64,000 nucleotides of DNA from Ignavibacteriota bacterium (GTDB lineage Bacteria; Bacteroidota; Ignavibacteria; UBA10030; UBA6906), in NCBI GenBank assembly GCA_963801355.1, contig CAWDEM010000004.1, positions 384,001 to 448,000 on the forward strand, read 5' to 3'. Positions 1 through 11,300 of this stretch are shown here, piece after piece. The first letter of the stretch is position 1, and each line of letters opens with the position of its first letter. The position numbers and the translations under genes were made by a program. Below the pieces are notes generated by a model, which was not told where the DNA came from, did no database searches, and saw only the letters and a program-made list of their open reading frames with translations.

Positions 1-1182
1 TGAATTGTACTTCAAGCGATTGTGTGCTGTCCAGGGATCCGTAGGCGTGGATTTCCTCGGGAGTGAGTGGCAGCACTTCATTGGCGCTCCAGAAACTGGT
101 GTCGGTCCGTGTCGCCGAAGAATCGATCACGAGGCGCGCCTGCCGGAAGATGCTATCGGGCAGCTGCGGATTCACCGTGTAGTTCGTGATCACGGAAGTC
201 TGATCGAAGCCGAAACGGGGGAATGACATACCGATCAGGCCGAGTTGCACATCTGCGGTGATGCGTATGTCAACCGGAAGCCAGATGTCGTCATGGTAGA
301 CGGCAAATTGCTGCTTATACCTGAGGTGTTTCTCCTTAACGAACGGAATCTGGAATGCTTCGTTGGGTTCGACATCAACTCCCATCAGGGCATACGATTC
401 GTCGGCGATATGGATCGTTCCGCGGAAGAGCGGGCGGGTACGGTTGCGGGGCGTCAGGGAGATCTCGAAAACATTCTGATCGCGGTCGCGATGTGTTCGC
501 TCCAGGTGAACGGCGTACGCGTCAAGTGCATCCGGGGCGGTCGGGCCGACGAACGTGTAACCGAGGAAACGGATTTCGTCGTCGTTGAAGTTGATGATCC
601 TGCCGACCGATGCAAAGTTAAACGATTGCGGGATGTTTGCAGTCTGTCTGCGCTGGAGGACGACTTCCCGGAGAGTGTCGCCCTGTTGCCAGTAGCCGCG
701 CGTAAATGATTCAGCGACGCTGGCAATGGCCGTATCGCGACGAATCACCTGCCGTGTGAATGCTTCCATCTGATACGAGGCAAGCCTGCTGACCCAGTGA
801 CGTTTGCGGGCGATTGCGCGCCGGATGATTTCGACCGCCGGATCTTCGGTGGTGATGACGATTTCAGGAAGGATGATCTCGCAGGGATGGAGGAGGGCGT
901 TGTGGATAACAGCGCATGATACGATGACGCGGCTCGTATCCGCGCGAAAGCCGATCATGCTCGCGATGATCGTATACGTGCCGGGTTCCACCTGCAGTGA
1001 GTACTGTCCGGCCGGGGTTGTGATTGTACCGCGGGCAGTCCCGGCGATGCGGACGTGTGCCGCCGGAAGAGGTTCACCGGTGGCGGAATCCCTCACACAA
1101 CCGCTGATGGAAAAAGGCTGGTCCGCCGTCGCGCACGAAACGAGCGTTGCGACAAGGCCTGTACAGGCAATGAAGAATCTTA
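1..1182 (-). CDS. Carboxypeptidase-regulatory-like domain + DUF5686-type outer membrane protein (3' end outside window, start uncertain)
   Basis: Absent from the ORF track because it is open at the window edge. My minus-strand translation gives VRFFIACTGLVATL...FSISGCVRDSATGEPLPAAHVRIAGTARGTITNPAGQYSLQVEPGTYTIIASMIGF...EDPAVEIIRRAIARK...FWSANEVLPLTPEE with no stop down to position 1. Confidence 0.75.
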
Positions 1183-1638
1183 CAGAGTTCGCTTGCCTGG
1201 TTTTGATGGAGGTGACCCCGCATTCTGGGGAGGAAGGCCCGGCGAACGGGATGCCTGTTCCCACACCTTGCGCTCCTTTTCCTGGCGGACTGCCTCACGT
1301 TCTGCTTTGAGGCGGGCAAGGCGCTGCTCATCAGTCATAAGCGAGGAGGGCGGCGCCGAAGTTTGTTTGTTGCGGAAGGCCTCCCAGGCGGGAAGCACGC
1401 TCTTCTCGCAGGAGACTACCAGAGGATTCAAAGGATCGAGCAAGTAGGCTTCCATCAGGGAGTCGAACGCAAGCGCACTCTGTCCGCGCTTGAGATACTG
1501 TTCTGCAGCTCCGGTCAGACGCGATATTTGCGATTGTACATCCCGTCCCGGTCCCGCATTGCCGCCAACCTTGCCGAAGTCGGAACCGATGGTGACAGAG
1601 AGTGGCTTCCTCTCGCGCGGTGCATCCCCGATGGCCAT
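1180..1638 (-). CDS. Hypothetical protein (TPR-like helix pair plus coiled coil)
   Basis: 152-aa ORF with GAGGAGG RBS upstream; AEQYLKRGQSALAFDSLMEAYLLDPLNP looks TPR-like. Confidence 0.55.
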   Translation of the reverse strand: MAIGDAPRERKPLSVTIGSDFGKVGGNAGPGRDVQSQISRLTGAAEQYLKRGQSALAFDSLMEAYLLDPLNPLVVSCEKSVLPAWEAFRNKQTSAPPSSLMTDEQRLARLKAEREAVRQEKERKVWEQASRSPGLPPQNAGSPPSKPGKRTL

Positions 1639-1757
1639 AGTTGCCTCCTCGTCGTGCTTGTTCCACTACACTAAAGATACGGCAACAGGCAGGAGAAAGC
1701 AAGTGATCGCATCACGAAATACTCGCAATCGAAAATTTCGTTACGTACTTTGTACGT

Positions 1758-3038
1758 ATGTGCGGAGATCAGAAACACATTGTAGTTATCGGCGGCGGCG
1801 GTGCAGGTATCATGGCTGCGTGGCGCGCGGCCACAAGAGGTTGTCCTGTGCTCCTCCTCGAACGGAACGGCCGTTTGGGCCAGAAAATCCTGATCTCCGG
1901 CGGCGGGAAATGTAATGTCACTCATGAAGGTACCGTAGAGGATATCCTTGCCGCATTCGTTGTGCCGGAACGCCGGTTCTTGAAACCCGCCCTCCACCGC
2001 TTTGGCAATCGGGATCTGGAGGCACTGCTTGCTGCCGGCGGAATCATCGTCGCCCCGCGGGCCAACGGACGAGTCTTCCCCGTGAATGGAACGGCAAAAG
2101 ACGTCATGAGGGTATTCTCTCATCTTCTTGCCGCACACAACGTCACCGTGAAGTTTCATCAGAGAGTGGAAGAGATTCTCACAGATGATCGCGGCGTGTG
2201 CGGCGTCCGGATGCATCGTACCGTGATCAGCGCACCCCGGGTGATTCTCTCCACCGGCGGCGCGTCCTACCCGCAGACCGGAACCACAGGAGACGGATTT
2301 GCATTTGCGCGGGCTCTCGGACACACGGTTGTGCCCGTGCGTGCCGCCCTTGCGCCGATCCAGCCGGATCCTCCACTTCCGGGTGGCTGGCGCGGCGTGG
2401 CGATTCGGGGAGGATCGCTCTCTGCCGTCCACCGCGGCAGGGAGATCGCCCGTCTGGAGGATGACATCCTGTTCACGCACGAAGGCCTGTCAGGTCCTGC
2501 GACCCTGGGGATCAGCCGTGCCGCGGCGCTTGCTGCGGAATCAGGCACGGTCTCGATGTTTCTGGATTTCTTTCCCCGGAAGGAAGCTGCAGTTCTGGAT
2601 GAGGAACTCCAGGCCGTGATCCGGACACACCGGGGCCGGATGGTGGCGACGCTTCTGGAGCCATGGCTGCCGAACCGGATCATTGAGGGAGTTCTCCGTT
2701 CGGCAGGGGTTGACCCGGAGACCCGCGGTCACGTGTTGACGCGCAAAGATCGTGGCGCGATCATCAGGGTCCTCAAACGATGGCCACTAGGAGACGTTGC
2801 GTGTGTGCCCGTCGAGAGAGGCGAAGTGACGGCCGGCGGTATTGCTCTCGGGGAGGTGAACTCGCGCACCATGTGTTCCCGGCGAATCAGGGGGCTGTAT
2901 GTCTGCGGTGAAGTGCTGGACATCGCCGGCCCCATCGGGGGCTACAACCTTCAAGCGGCGTTTTCCACGGGGTTCGTTGCCGGTGACAGTGCGGCCGACG
3001 AATTTCTGCGGGCTGCCCGATATCCGGATACTATCTGA
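1758..3038 (+). CDS. BaiN/YhiN (HI0933) family NAD(P)/FAD-dependent oxidoreductase
   Basis: GGGGAG FAD motif, GQKILISGGGKCNVT, TGGASYPQTGTTGDG, LFTHEGLSGP, VTAGG, GGYNLQAAFSTG. Confidence 0.92.
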   Translation: MCGDQKHIVVIGGGGAGIMAAWRAATRGCPVLLLERNGRLGQKILISGGGKCNVTHEGTVEDILAAFVVPERRFLKPALHRFGNRDLEALLAAGGIIVAPRANGRVFPVNGTAKDVMRVFSHLLAAHNVTVKFHQRVEEILTDDRGVCGVRMHRTVISAPRVILSTGGASYPQTGTTGDGFAFARALGHTVVPVRAALAPIQPDPPLPGGWRGVAIRGGSLSAVHRGREIARLEDDILFTHEGLSGPATLGISRAAALAAESGTVSMFLDFFPRKEAAVLDEELQAVIRTHRGRMVATLLEPWLPNRIIEGVLRSAGVDPETRGHVLTRKDRGAIIRVLKRWPLGDVACVPVERGEVTAGGIALGEVNSRTMCSRRIRGLYVCGEVLDIAGPIGGYNLQAAFSTGFVAGDSAADEFLRAARYPDTI

Positions 3039-4992
3039 CCAGCATCATCTTTCGCGTGGTGACGAATCCGTCGGCAACGAGCTGGTACAGATACAAGCCG
3101 CTCGCCAGCACTGTCCCGTCAAATGTCACCGTGTACTCACCTGCCGGCTGTCTCTCGTTCACGAGCACTGCGACCTCCCTACCCAGCATGTCGTACACCG
3201 CGAGCCTCACCCAACTCGTGCCCAGTGCCTCGTGCCCAGTGCCTGCTGCCAGCAGGCTGTACCGTATTGTCGTACTTGGATTGAATGGATTCGGATAGTT
3301 CTGCAAGAGAGCGGTCTGCACCGGCGAGCCGGCCGGCGCATCGACAGCAGTCGGGTATGATGCAGTCATGATAAAATCCACATCCTCGACAGCGAATGTG
3401 TTGGAAGGGATTGTGACAGGGGCCTGAACGTGATTGAACCGGAAGCGATCTGCGAGCAACGTTACCGGTCCGCTCCCGAGTGCTTCCACGGCATACCGGC
3501 CCGCCGGATCGCTCATTCCGTACCCGATGATGGTACCGTCCACGGCACGCGCCAGGACGCGAACCCCGGGCAGCGGGGCGCTGTTCCCGGTGAGGATGTG
3601 TCCCCGTATCCGGGTGAGACCGGCATTGTTCAGGGGCGGTACGGATATCCGTATGTGAGGTGTAACGCCATTGACCGCGACGCTGTCGGCATCGAGCCAT
3701 GTGAGCGCGCTGGCACCTGAGGACGTTGAGTAAGACGGGGCATAGTCACCAAAGGGAATGGCAAGGACATTGTAGCTCCCGGCCTCGATGTCTTCAACCA
3801 GAAAGACGCCGCTAGAGTCAGTGAAGGTGAAGACCGCCGGTCGCTCGACTCCTTCTTTCGGCCGCGGAAACAGGATTATGCGCGCGGGAACATCGTTGCC
3901 ACCGGGTTCCTGCACGGTGCCCTGCATGGTGCCGGTATCGGTTGGAGCTTTCTTCCTGAGGGAGAAGGTGATGCCGGTTGTGTCTCCCCGTACCGCAAGG
4001 ATTGTCGCCTCTGTCGGATCGGGGGCATTATCAAAGAACTCAGGATAGTAGCCGCTCTTTGACGACATCGCGACATACAGCCGGTTGCCGGCGACCTGGG
4101 CAAAGAACTTGCCTGCGGTGTTTGTATAGCCGAACCACGCCACGCCGCGGGAATAACCGACGCCCGGTATGTGCACGGCCTCGGGTCCCTCGGTCGATGA
4201 CAATGTTGCAGCTGATGTGACGAGCTCCTGGATCGGACGGAAAAACGCGACAACTGCACCTTCGATGGGTGTCCCCTGATCGTCCGTCACAATGCCGCTC
4301 ACGTAGGCATAGAGCCGCGGGGAGTTCGGCACAAGGGAAAAGTCCACCCGGGTGGTATCGTTGACCCTGACGGTGACCGGTGTGGCGTTCGCCGGCTCGG
4401 TTGCACCAAGATACCACTGTGTCTGGTGGCCGGTATTTGATACCGACGTCGGCGGTTCTTCCGCACGCACGAGATAGGCACCGGTATCGACGACGGCGGA
4501 GAACGTGCCGGCAGAATTCACTGTTATGTCGAGTCCGCGATTAGCGGGCGAGGGCAATTTGAAGAAGCGGACGACGACCTTCGGGATGGGGAGGCCGGAA
4601 ACCTTATCCGTGATTCTTCCTGTAATGATACCTTTGGGTCCCGGAGGAAGCGCAAAGGCGCGCACGCTGGCGATATTGCTCCATAGCGACTCGAGGAGTA
4701 CGGTGTCATTCTTCGCGACCGCGGTGACGACATAGTTGTAGAGCACTCCGGGAGTGACCGACTGATCCACGAACTGGCGTGTCACGCTGATAGCGATCCA
4801 CTGGAAGTTCGTCGTGTCCGGCGAAGACCGGTAGACCTTGTAGAATGAAGTTCCGGCAGGGCCGCTCCAGCTCAGGATCACAGAAGGCTGGAGGGATGCA
4901 GGAGAATTTGCCTGCAAGTTCGTGGGCGCCTGTGCGACCATCGTGGCTGCAAAGGAAATCAGCGCAAGGACTGTACCGATCACAAGTTTCAT
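3031..4992 (-). CDS. Secreted protein: FnIII-like N-terminus, carboxypeptidase-regulatory-like repeats, T9SS-type C-terminal sorting domain
   Basis: Signal peptide MKLVIGTVLALISFAATMVAQ; repeated GxIxGxVTD..G.PI motifs; C-terminal LLQNYPNPFNPSTTI...LASGLYLYQL...KMMLVR. Confidence 0.8.
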   Translation of the reverse strand: MKLVIGTVLALISFAATMVAQAPTNLQANSPASLQPSVILSWSGPAGTSFYKVYRSSPDTTNFQWIAISVTRQFVDQSVTPGVLYNYVVTAVAKNDTVLLESLWSNIASVRAFALPPGPKGIITGRITDKVSGLPIPKVVVRFFKLPSPANRGLDITVNSAGTFSAVVDTGAYLVRAEEPPTSVSNTGHQTQWYLGATEPANATPVTVRVNDTTRVDFSLVPNSPRLYAYVSGIVTDDQGTPIEGAVVAFFRPIQELVTSAATLSSTEGPEAVHIPGVGYSRGVAWFGYTNTAGKFFAQVAGNRLYVAMSSKSGYYPEFFDNAPDPTEATILAVRGDTTGITFSLRKKAPTDTGTMQGTVQEPGGNDVPARIILFPRPKEGVERPAVFTFTDSSGVFLVEDIEAGSYNVLAIPFGDYAPSYSTSSGASALTWLDADSVAVNGVTPHIRISVPPLNNAGLTRIRGHILTGNSAPLPGVRVLARAVDGTIIGYGMSDPAGRYAVEALGSGPVTLLADRFRFNHVQAPVTIPSNTFAVEDVDFIMTASYPTAVDAPAGSPVQTALLQNYPNPFNPSTTIRYSLLAAGTGHEALGTSWVRLAVYDMLGREVAVLVNERQPAGEYTVTFDGTVLASGLYLYQLVADGFVTTRKMMLVR

Positions 4993-5032
4993 GGCCAACC
5001 CCCATCCCGCTTGTCAATCATCTGAAGCCGGA

Positions 5033-5072
5033 GAACGCAACGGCGCCGGGTGTTCCGGCGGCCGTTGCGTTC
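5033..5072. terminator. Strong stem-loop between the two paralogous secreted-protein genes
   Basis: GAACGCAACGGC...GCCGTTGCGTTC inverted repeat; no clear U-tract, so it may be a processing or stability hairpin. Confidence 0.45.
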
Positions 5073-5093
5073 ACGTCCCCGCTATCTCCCGCA

Positions 5094-7421
5094 CTACCGG
5101 ACGAGCAGCATCTTCTTCACGTTCGAAAAGAGTTCACCCGCTGCGCTGCGTACCGTCAATTTGTAGAAGTAGACACCACTGGCAACCGTCCGGCCGCTCT
5201 GATCGGTGGCATCCCATACGATACTGCTGCGGCCGCCTGCACGCGGACCGGTCAGAAGAGTCCGCACCTCCTGCCCGAGTGTATTGAAAATCGTCAGGGA
5301 GACATCGCCGCCTGCCGGAATATCAAAGGCTATTGTCGTGCTGGGATTAAATGGGTTCGGGTAATTTTGTCCCAGCGCGAATGTTGACGGCTGTGACTCA
5401 CCGGATGTCACATCCGTTGTCCCCTGAGGCTCCATTGTGAAATCCACGCCGGAGATCTCGTACGTGTCGCCGGAGACAGTCACACTCCTGTCTGAAGCGG
5501 CGTAATTCTCGCGATCGGCGGTGAGAACGAATGACCCGACCGGCAGTGCCTCAATGGAATACTCTCCAGCCTGTTCGGTGATGCCGCAGCCTATCACCTG
5601 ACCGCCGGGAGTCGTTGCCGTCACGCGAACTCCGCACAGCGGCACGCCGGCCGCCAGTATCCGGCCACGCAGGCGGACGAAACCGTTGGATTGGATCGGC
5701 ACGACGCCGATGTCGATCCCGGAGACGTCCCCGGAAACCAGCACTCTCTCGGCAAGCTGCCAGTATACGAGACCGTACGCGCCGGCCTTGTAGAAGGCGG
5801 GAGCATAGCCCTGGAAAGGAACAGCCATAACTACGTAGGTGCCGAGCATGACTTCACCGATGGTATATGCCCCCATTGAGTCGGTATGTCCGAACCGCAT
5901 CTTCCGCAGCACCGGGGTCGGATTGACGGGAATCAAGGCAACGACCGCGGGGACACCGTTGCCGGCTGAATCGCGCACGACTCCGGATATACTGTTGTGC
6001 AGGACCGGATTTGGCGTCAGTGAGAAGTCAACTTTTGTGATGTCCGATGAGGTGACCTTGATAAGGTCCGCAAGCAGCGGATTGGTTTTGTTGTCATAGT
6101 ATTCCGGCAGATAACCGAATTTCGCCGCCAGAGCTATGTACGCATGGTCGGCAAGCACACGCGCTTTGAAGTTCCCCGAGGAGTCGGTCGTGCCGGTCCA
6201 CACGACGCCGCGGCAGAACCCGATGCCATCAACATCTATGTTTTCGGCATCCAGCGTCGATTTCGCGGTAGCGGTTACCAGGGCGCTCATCTCCTGGAAC
6301 GATCGCATGATGATGACCGTCGCATGGCGCAGCGCGTTGCCCAGCGTATCCGTCACGGTTCCTTCGATGGAGGCATACGCGGGTGGGGCAGGCTTGCTCA
6401 ACCCGAAGTCTGCTTTGAAGGTGGATCCCGGCGTGACTTTCACCGGGGTCGCCAGCGTTATATCCTTTACGTTGTCAAACCACTCCGGCTGGTACATGGT
6501 CAGCACGGATGAGCGTATTGACCCGTCGGCGCGTACCAGATATGTCCCGGTGTCAAGCAGCGCGCTGTACGAGCCGAGCGAATCGGTGACGGCCGTCGGC
6601 TGCCAGTTGGCGATGGACGGACCTTTGGTGTAGAACCTGATCAGGATTCCCCTGAGTGGCAGTCCATTCTCGTCGTCGACCACCTTGCCCGCAATGGTCC
6701 CTTTGACGACGTAAGGGGGAACCGGCCGGCTCAACCCAAAGTCCGCGACAACAGATGCGTTGGCGATCACGACCACCGGATCGGCCGTGGCCATATCTTT
6801 CTTGTCGTTGTACCACTCTGCCGTATATGCGGGGGGACCTGGTGGCATCCAGGGAGCAGGTTGTGCCTTGACCTTGTACGTCCCGGTATCCAGTTTCGCT
6901 GCGTAGTGCCCGAGAGAATCCGTGACAGCACCGGGGATGTCGATGGTCTGAATGGAGGCGCGCAGCCGGTAGAACAGCACACGCATACCTGGAATGGGCT
7001 TGCCCGTGGAGTCGTCCGTCACGGTGCCCGCGATCACGCCGACGGGCCGCTCGGGTGAGGCGAAGGAGATGCTGGCGATATTGCTCGGAGCGCTTTCGAC
7101 CGGACGCGTGGAGCTGTTGACCATTGCCACGGTGGTGACATAATAGAAGAAGGTGTGGCCCATCCGGACAGAGTGGTCGTAGTAGACCGGCGCGGTGACG
7201 AGGGCAAGCTTCTGGAAGTGTGCCGTGTCATCCACCGAGCGATAGACGATGAAGCCGTATGGTCCAGCCGGAGCGGTCCATGCGAGTTTTGCCACCGGAA
7301 CGGCATCCGGCGTTTGAGTGGCGACCAGGTCCGTTGGAGCAGGTGGCAATGTGATTTGCGCAAGCCCGATAGCAGCAACAAGCATGCAGAGCCCGGCAGC
7401 GATTAGCAGTTTCCCTTTCAT
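5094..7421 (-). CDS. Secreted protein paralogous to 3031-4992 (FnIII-like + carboxypeptidase-regulatory-like repeats + T9SS-type CTD)
   Basis: Signal peptide MKGKLLIAAGLC; internal repeats (TDSLG.Y.A.LDTGTY...EW...ADFGLS); C-terminal QNYPNPFNPSTTIAFDIP...ASGVYFYKL. Confidence 0.8.
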   Translation of the reverse strand: MKGKLLIAAGLCMLVAAIGLAQITLPPAPTDLVATQTPDAVPVAKLAWTAPAGPYGFIVYRSVDDTAHFQKLALVTAPVYYDHSVRMGHTFFYYVTTVAMVNSSTRPVESAPSNIASISFASPERPVGVIAGTVTDDSTGKPIPGMRVLFYRLRASIQTIDIPGAVTDSLGHYAAKLDTGTYKVKAQPAPWMPPGPPAYTAEWYNDKKDMATADPVVVIANASVVADFGLSRPVPPYVVKGTIAGKVVDDENGLPLRGILIRFYTKGPSIANWQPTAVTDSLGSYSALLDTGTYLVRADGSIRSSVLTMYQPEWFDNVKDITLATPVKVTPGSTFKADFGLSKPAPPAYASIEGTVTDTLGNALRHATVIIMRSFQEMSALVTATAKSTLDAENIDVDGIGFCRGVVWTGTTDSSGNFKARVLADHAYIALAAKFGYLPEYYDNKTNPLLADLIKVTSSDITKVDFSLTPNPVLHNSISGVVRDSAGNGVPAVVALIPVNPTPVLRKMRFGHTDSMGAYTIGEVMLGTYVVMAVPFQGYAPAFYKAGAYGLVYWQLAERVLVSGDVSGIDIGVVPIQSNGFVRLRGRILAAGVPLCGVRVTATTPGGQVIGCGITEQAGEYSIEALPVGSFVLTADRENYAASDRSVTVSGDTYEISGVDFTMEPQGTTDVTSGESQPSTFALGQNYPNPFNPSTTIAFDIPAGGDVSLTIFNTLGQEVRTLLTGPRAGGRSSIVWDATDQSGRTVASGVYFYKLTVRSAAGELFSNVKKMLLVR

Positions 7422-7671
7422 AGCATCCTCCACAATGTGTCCCTATCCTCACTGACTGCACATGAACTTCTATCATCTGTAGTGAAGATAGCGGGAGGGA
7501 GAAGGAAAGACAATACCATATTCATGGTAATTCGCGGATATGCGCGTTTGCGCCCCTTGTATGCGGCCGGCATTGATCCAACAACCGTATGAAACGCAGG
7601 TTCTTGTGCTGAATGGCTAATATCAGCCAGGCGGAAGGGGTGACGGAGGTCACGAAGCGGATCGAGAATTC

Positions 7672-8337
7672 TTATCCAAACAGCCGGTACTTCAATGCCT
7701 TGGACACGGCTGCGGACTTGGAATGCACCTGGAGTTTTTCGTACACGCGCTTGATGTGTGACTGCACCGTCAGGGGGCTGATAAAGAGTTTCTCCGCGAT
7801 TTTCTTGTAGCTCAGCCCTTCGACGAGCCACTGGAGGATATCCAACTCACGTGGTGTCAGGTTGAGATCGGCTGCGGGGGGTGCGCCCTTGCCGCGCATC
7901 ATCGCGAGCAGGCGGCGGGCAATCGAAGCGCTCATCGGCGCACCGATGCGAATCTCGCGAATGGCACGGATGAGTTCTTCCGACTCCGCGTTCTTCAGGA
8001 CGTACCCGGATGCTCCCGCGAGAATGGATTGGAATATCTTTTCATCGTCATCATACACGGTGTGCATCAGCACATCGATGGCAGGATAGCGGCTCTTTAC
8101 AGCTTTGACGCCGTCAATCCCCGACATGCCGGGCAGCCCGATATCCATCAGGATCACGTCGGGCTGGTGGTTGGGCAGCGCATCAAGAAGGGCTTCGCAG
8201 GAGGAGAATGCGGCAATGCATTGCAAGCCGCCGGCCGCATTTATCAGATCCATGACGGCGTCGCGAATGCGCTTGCGGTCCTCCACCACGATGACCTTGA
8301 TATCAGGCTCCTGTTCGCGGGGGTCGTTCGTACTCAT
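7672..8337 (-). CDS. NarL/LuxR-family response regulator
   Basis: Receiver domain (VVED, ILMDIGLPGMSG, GASGYVLK) and LuxR HTH LTPRELDILQWLVEGLSYKKIAEKLFIS. Confidence 0.93.
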   Translation of the reverse strand: MSTNDPREQEPDIKVIVVEDRKRIRDAVMDLINAAGGLQCIAAFSSCEALLDALPNHQPDVILMDIGLPGMSGIDGVKAVKSRYPAIDVLMHTVYDDDEKIFQSILAGASGYVLKNAESEELIRAIREIRIGAPMSASIARRLLAMMRGKGAPPAADLNLTPRELDILQWLVEGLSYKKIAEKLFISPLTVQSHIKRVYEKLQVHSKSAAVSKALKYRLFG

Positions 8338-8388
8338 CGATGAGGTTCCTTCCATCACCTACTGTGGAAGCACTCTTGCCGTTGCCCG

Positions 8389-11300
8389 TCAGGGGATCGG
8401 TGCATGGAGTGTTATGGTGGTGCCCAGGCCGCTTGATGAGGTGATGGCTAATTCGCCTCCCATGCTCCGGGCGCGCTCTTCCATGTTGTGCAGGCCATTT
8501 CCCCGAACCGCCTCATGTACATCAAAACCAACGCCATTATCCGCCATCGTCATGGTCACCATGCGGCCTTCGCGCCGCATGGTCAGGACCACCCGTGTCG
8601 GCTGGGCATGCCGGAGGATGTTGTTGATGGCCTCTTTGTAGATCAGGAACAGCCGCCTCCTCATGCCGAGCGGCAGACGCAGCGATGCAAGTTCTGATGG
8701 AATGTCGATCTCGTAATTGATCCCCTTTGCTTCCAGCATCTTTGTTGCGTGCATTTTCATGCGGAGCAGGAGGAATTCGAACGAATCATGTTTCGGATCG
8801 ATGGCCCAGACAATATCGTTCATTGCATCGATCAGTGCGCGTGCTGTTGATCCGGTGTCGGAAAACAGGGCGGCAAACCTCGCGCGCTCGTCATCGGTGA
8901 GAATGGTTGCGGGTGGTTTTGCCTTCACCTCGCGGAGGCCGACATCGCTGAAGAGAGCGATTTCCGTGAGCGTGGAACCGATGTCATCGTGGAGATCGGT
9001 GGCGATGGAAGTGCGGATACGTTCGATTTCCAGAAGCTTTTTCACCCGGTACCGGTACATCAGAAACAGCATTGCGGCGGCGGCCAGGACGGCCAGTACG
9101 CGAAACCACCAGGTCTTCCAGTAGGGAGGAACAATCGTGATTGCCAGGGAGGCCCCGCGGGTGTTCCACACGCCATCGTTGTTTGAAGCCCCGATGTGCA
9201 GCATGTAGTGTCCGGGATCGAGATTTGTGTACGTCGTGAAGCGGCGGTTCCCTGCATCGATCCAGGTTTCATCCAGGCCCTCGAGTTTGTAGCGGTACCG
9301 GTTCTTGGCGGGTGCGGTGTAGCTCAGGGCGACGAATTCAAACGACAGGAAATTCTGATCATGCTGCAATTCGATCGCACGTGTTTCACTCAGCGCCTGG
9401 GGAAGGGACACCGCGCGGTCAAATACGCGAAGACTGGTCAAATAGACGGGGGGCACGAATGGATTGTCACGGATGCTGTCGGGGGAAAACGCGTTGAATC
9501 CGTTGATGCCGCCGAGGTACAATGCGCCGTCGCGGCCGCGAAATGCGGCGCCCTGATTGAATTCGTTCCCCTGCAGGCCATCGGATGCATCGTAGGTGCG
9601 GACCTCACCGGTGGAAGGGGTGAAGCGGGCAAGCCCCTTGTTGGTCGGCATCCAGAGACGGCCGGCACGGTCGGGGAGAATGCCGTAGATGACATCATTG
9701 GGGAGGCCATCGACTTCCGTGAAGTGCCGCCAGGTTCCTGCCGCGCGATCAAAGCGGTTGAGTCCGCCGCCGTATGTGCCGACCCAGAGAATTCCGGTCG
9801 GGTCTTCATGCACGGAAAGGACGGTATTGTTGTTGAGCCCGTTTGCCGGATCGCTTGTGCTCTGATAGCGCTGGAAAAGATCTGTGGCCGGGTCCAGGCG
9901 CGCGAGTCCGCCTCCGTAGGTACCAACCCAGAGATAGCCCGCGGCGTCTTCATACAGCGTCAGGACCGTCCCGGCAGGCAAGGCTGTGGGAGATCCCTCG
10001 TCGGGCGGGTAATGGACAAAACCTTCCCTCGAAGCGTCAAGACGGTCCAGTCCGCCTCCATTCGTGCCAATCCAGAGCGTTCCGGACGAATCCTCATGCA
10101 AGGCGGTCACTTCATTCTGAACGAGCGAGGCTGGATTCCGGGGATCGTGGCGATAGTGCGTAAACCGTCCGCTGTGTGGTTCAAGACGGTCGAGCCCTCC
10201 CCCCTCGGTGCCAATCCAGAGCGTGCCGTCACGGCTGGCTTCGAGAGCGATGACGTTATTGTGACTCAACGATGAGGGGACACGGGGGTCATGCAGGTAG
10301 TGTGAGAAATCCCCGGTCTGGCGGTTGAAACGATTCAGTCCACCCCCGTATGTCCCGATCCAGAGCGTCCCGGAATGATCTTCCTGCAGCGCCCAGACAT
10401 CGTTGCCGCTCAAGCCGCGGGGTGTTCCCTGCACAGCCCGGAAGTGCGGGAAGCGGTTCTTCAGGCGGTCATACACATTGACTCCTCCGGCCCCCGTGCC
10501 GATCCAGAGAATGCCGGTACTGTCTTCGAACAACGAACAGATGATATCATTATTCAGGGAGCGGGTGGCATTGGCGATATGACGGAATCGCTCGATGGTC
10601 CGGGTCCGCGGATGCAGGCGGTTGAGACCCGCATCTCCGGTGCCGATCCAGATGGCATTGTCGGCATCCTCGTACAATGAAAGAATGAGGTTGCTGGTGA
10701 GTGTGTACGGTGCAGGCGATCGGGTAGTGTAGTGAACGAGAGTTCCCGTTCGCGGGTCGAGGCAATCCAGCCCGTATCCCCAGGTCCCGATCCATATCCG
10801 GCCATCACGACCGGCAAGGAGCGACCGGATGGTATTGCCCGCGATGCTCTCCCTCGCGCGCTGGTCATGCCGGTAGCGTTTGAACGTCCCGGCGGCGCCC
10901 GGCCCGGAAGAGCCGGGCACAGGTGGGATGTAACGGCAAAGACCTCCCCATGTGCCGACCCAGAGATTGCCGTCGCGGTCCTCCGTGATTGCCCAGACGG
11001 CATTGTCGGCAAGTGATGTGGAATCGGCGGGATTGTGGCGAAGGTGGGAGAACGTGCCTTGACCCGGTCTGCGATAGTTCAAACCGGAGGTCATGGTGCC
11101 GGCCCAGATTGTCCCCCGCGAATCCTGAAACACCGATGTAATATTGTTTTCGCTTATGCCCGTTGTGTCACCGGGGTCGTGCACATAGTGTGTGAAGGTT
11201 CCCCGGACCGTATGGTAGCAGTTGAGTCCGCCCCGCATTGTCCCGATCCAGATATCCCCATCACGATCCCGGCAGAGAGCCCAGATCCCGTTGTCCGAAA

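Noticed and set aside
9196-10275. Long antisense ORFs (also 14839-15804, 23640-24983, 25836-27338, 29769-31118, 33125-34414, 42541-43779)
   Set aside because: Shadow frames opposite well-supported genes in high-GC DNA, with no recognisable motifs.
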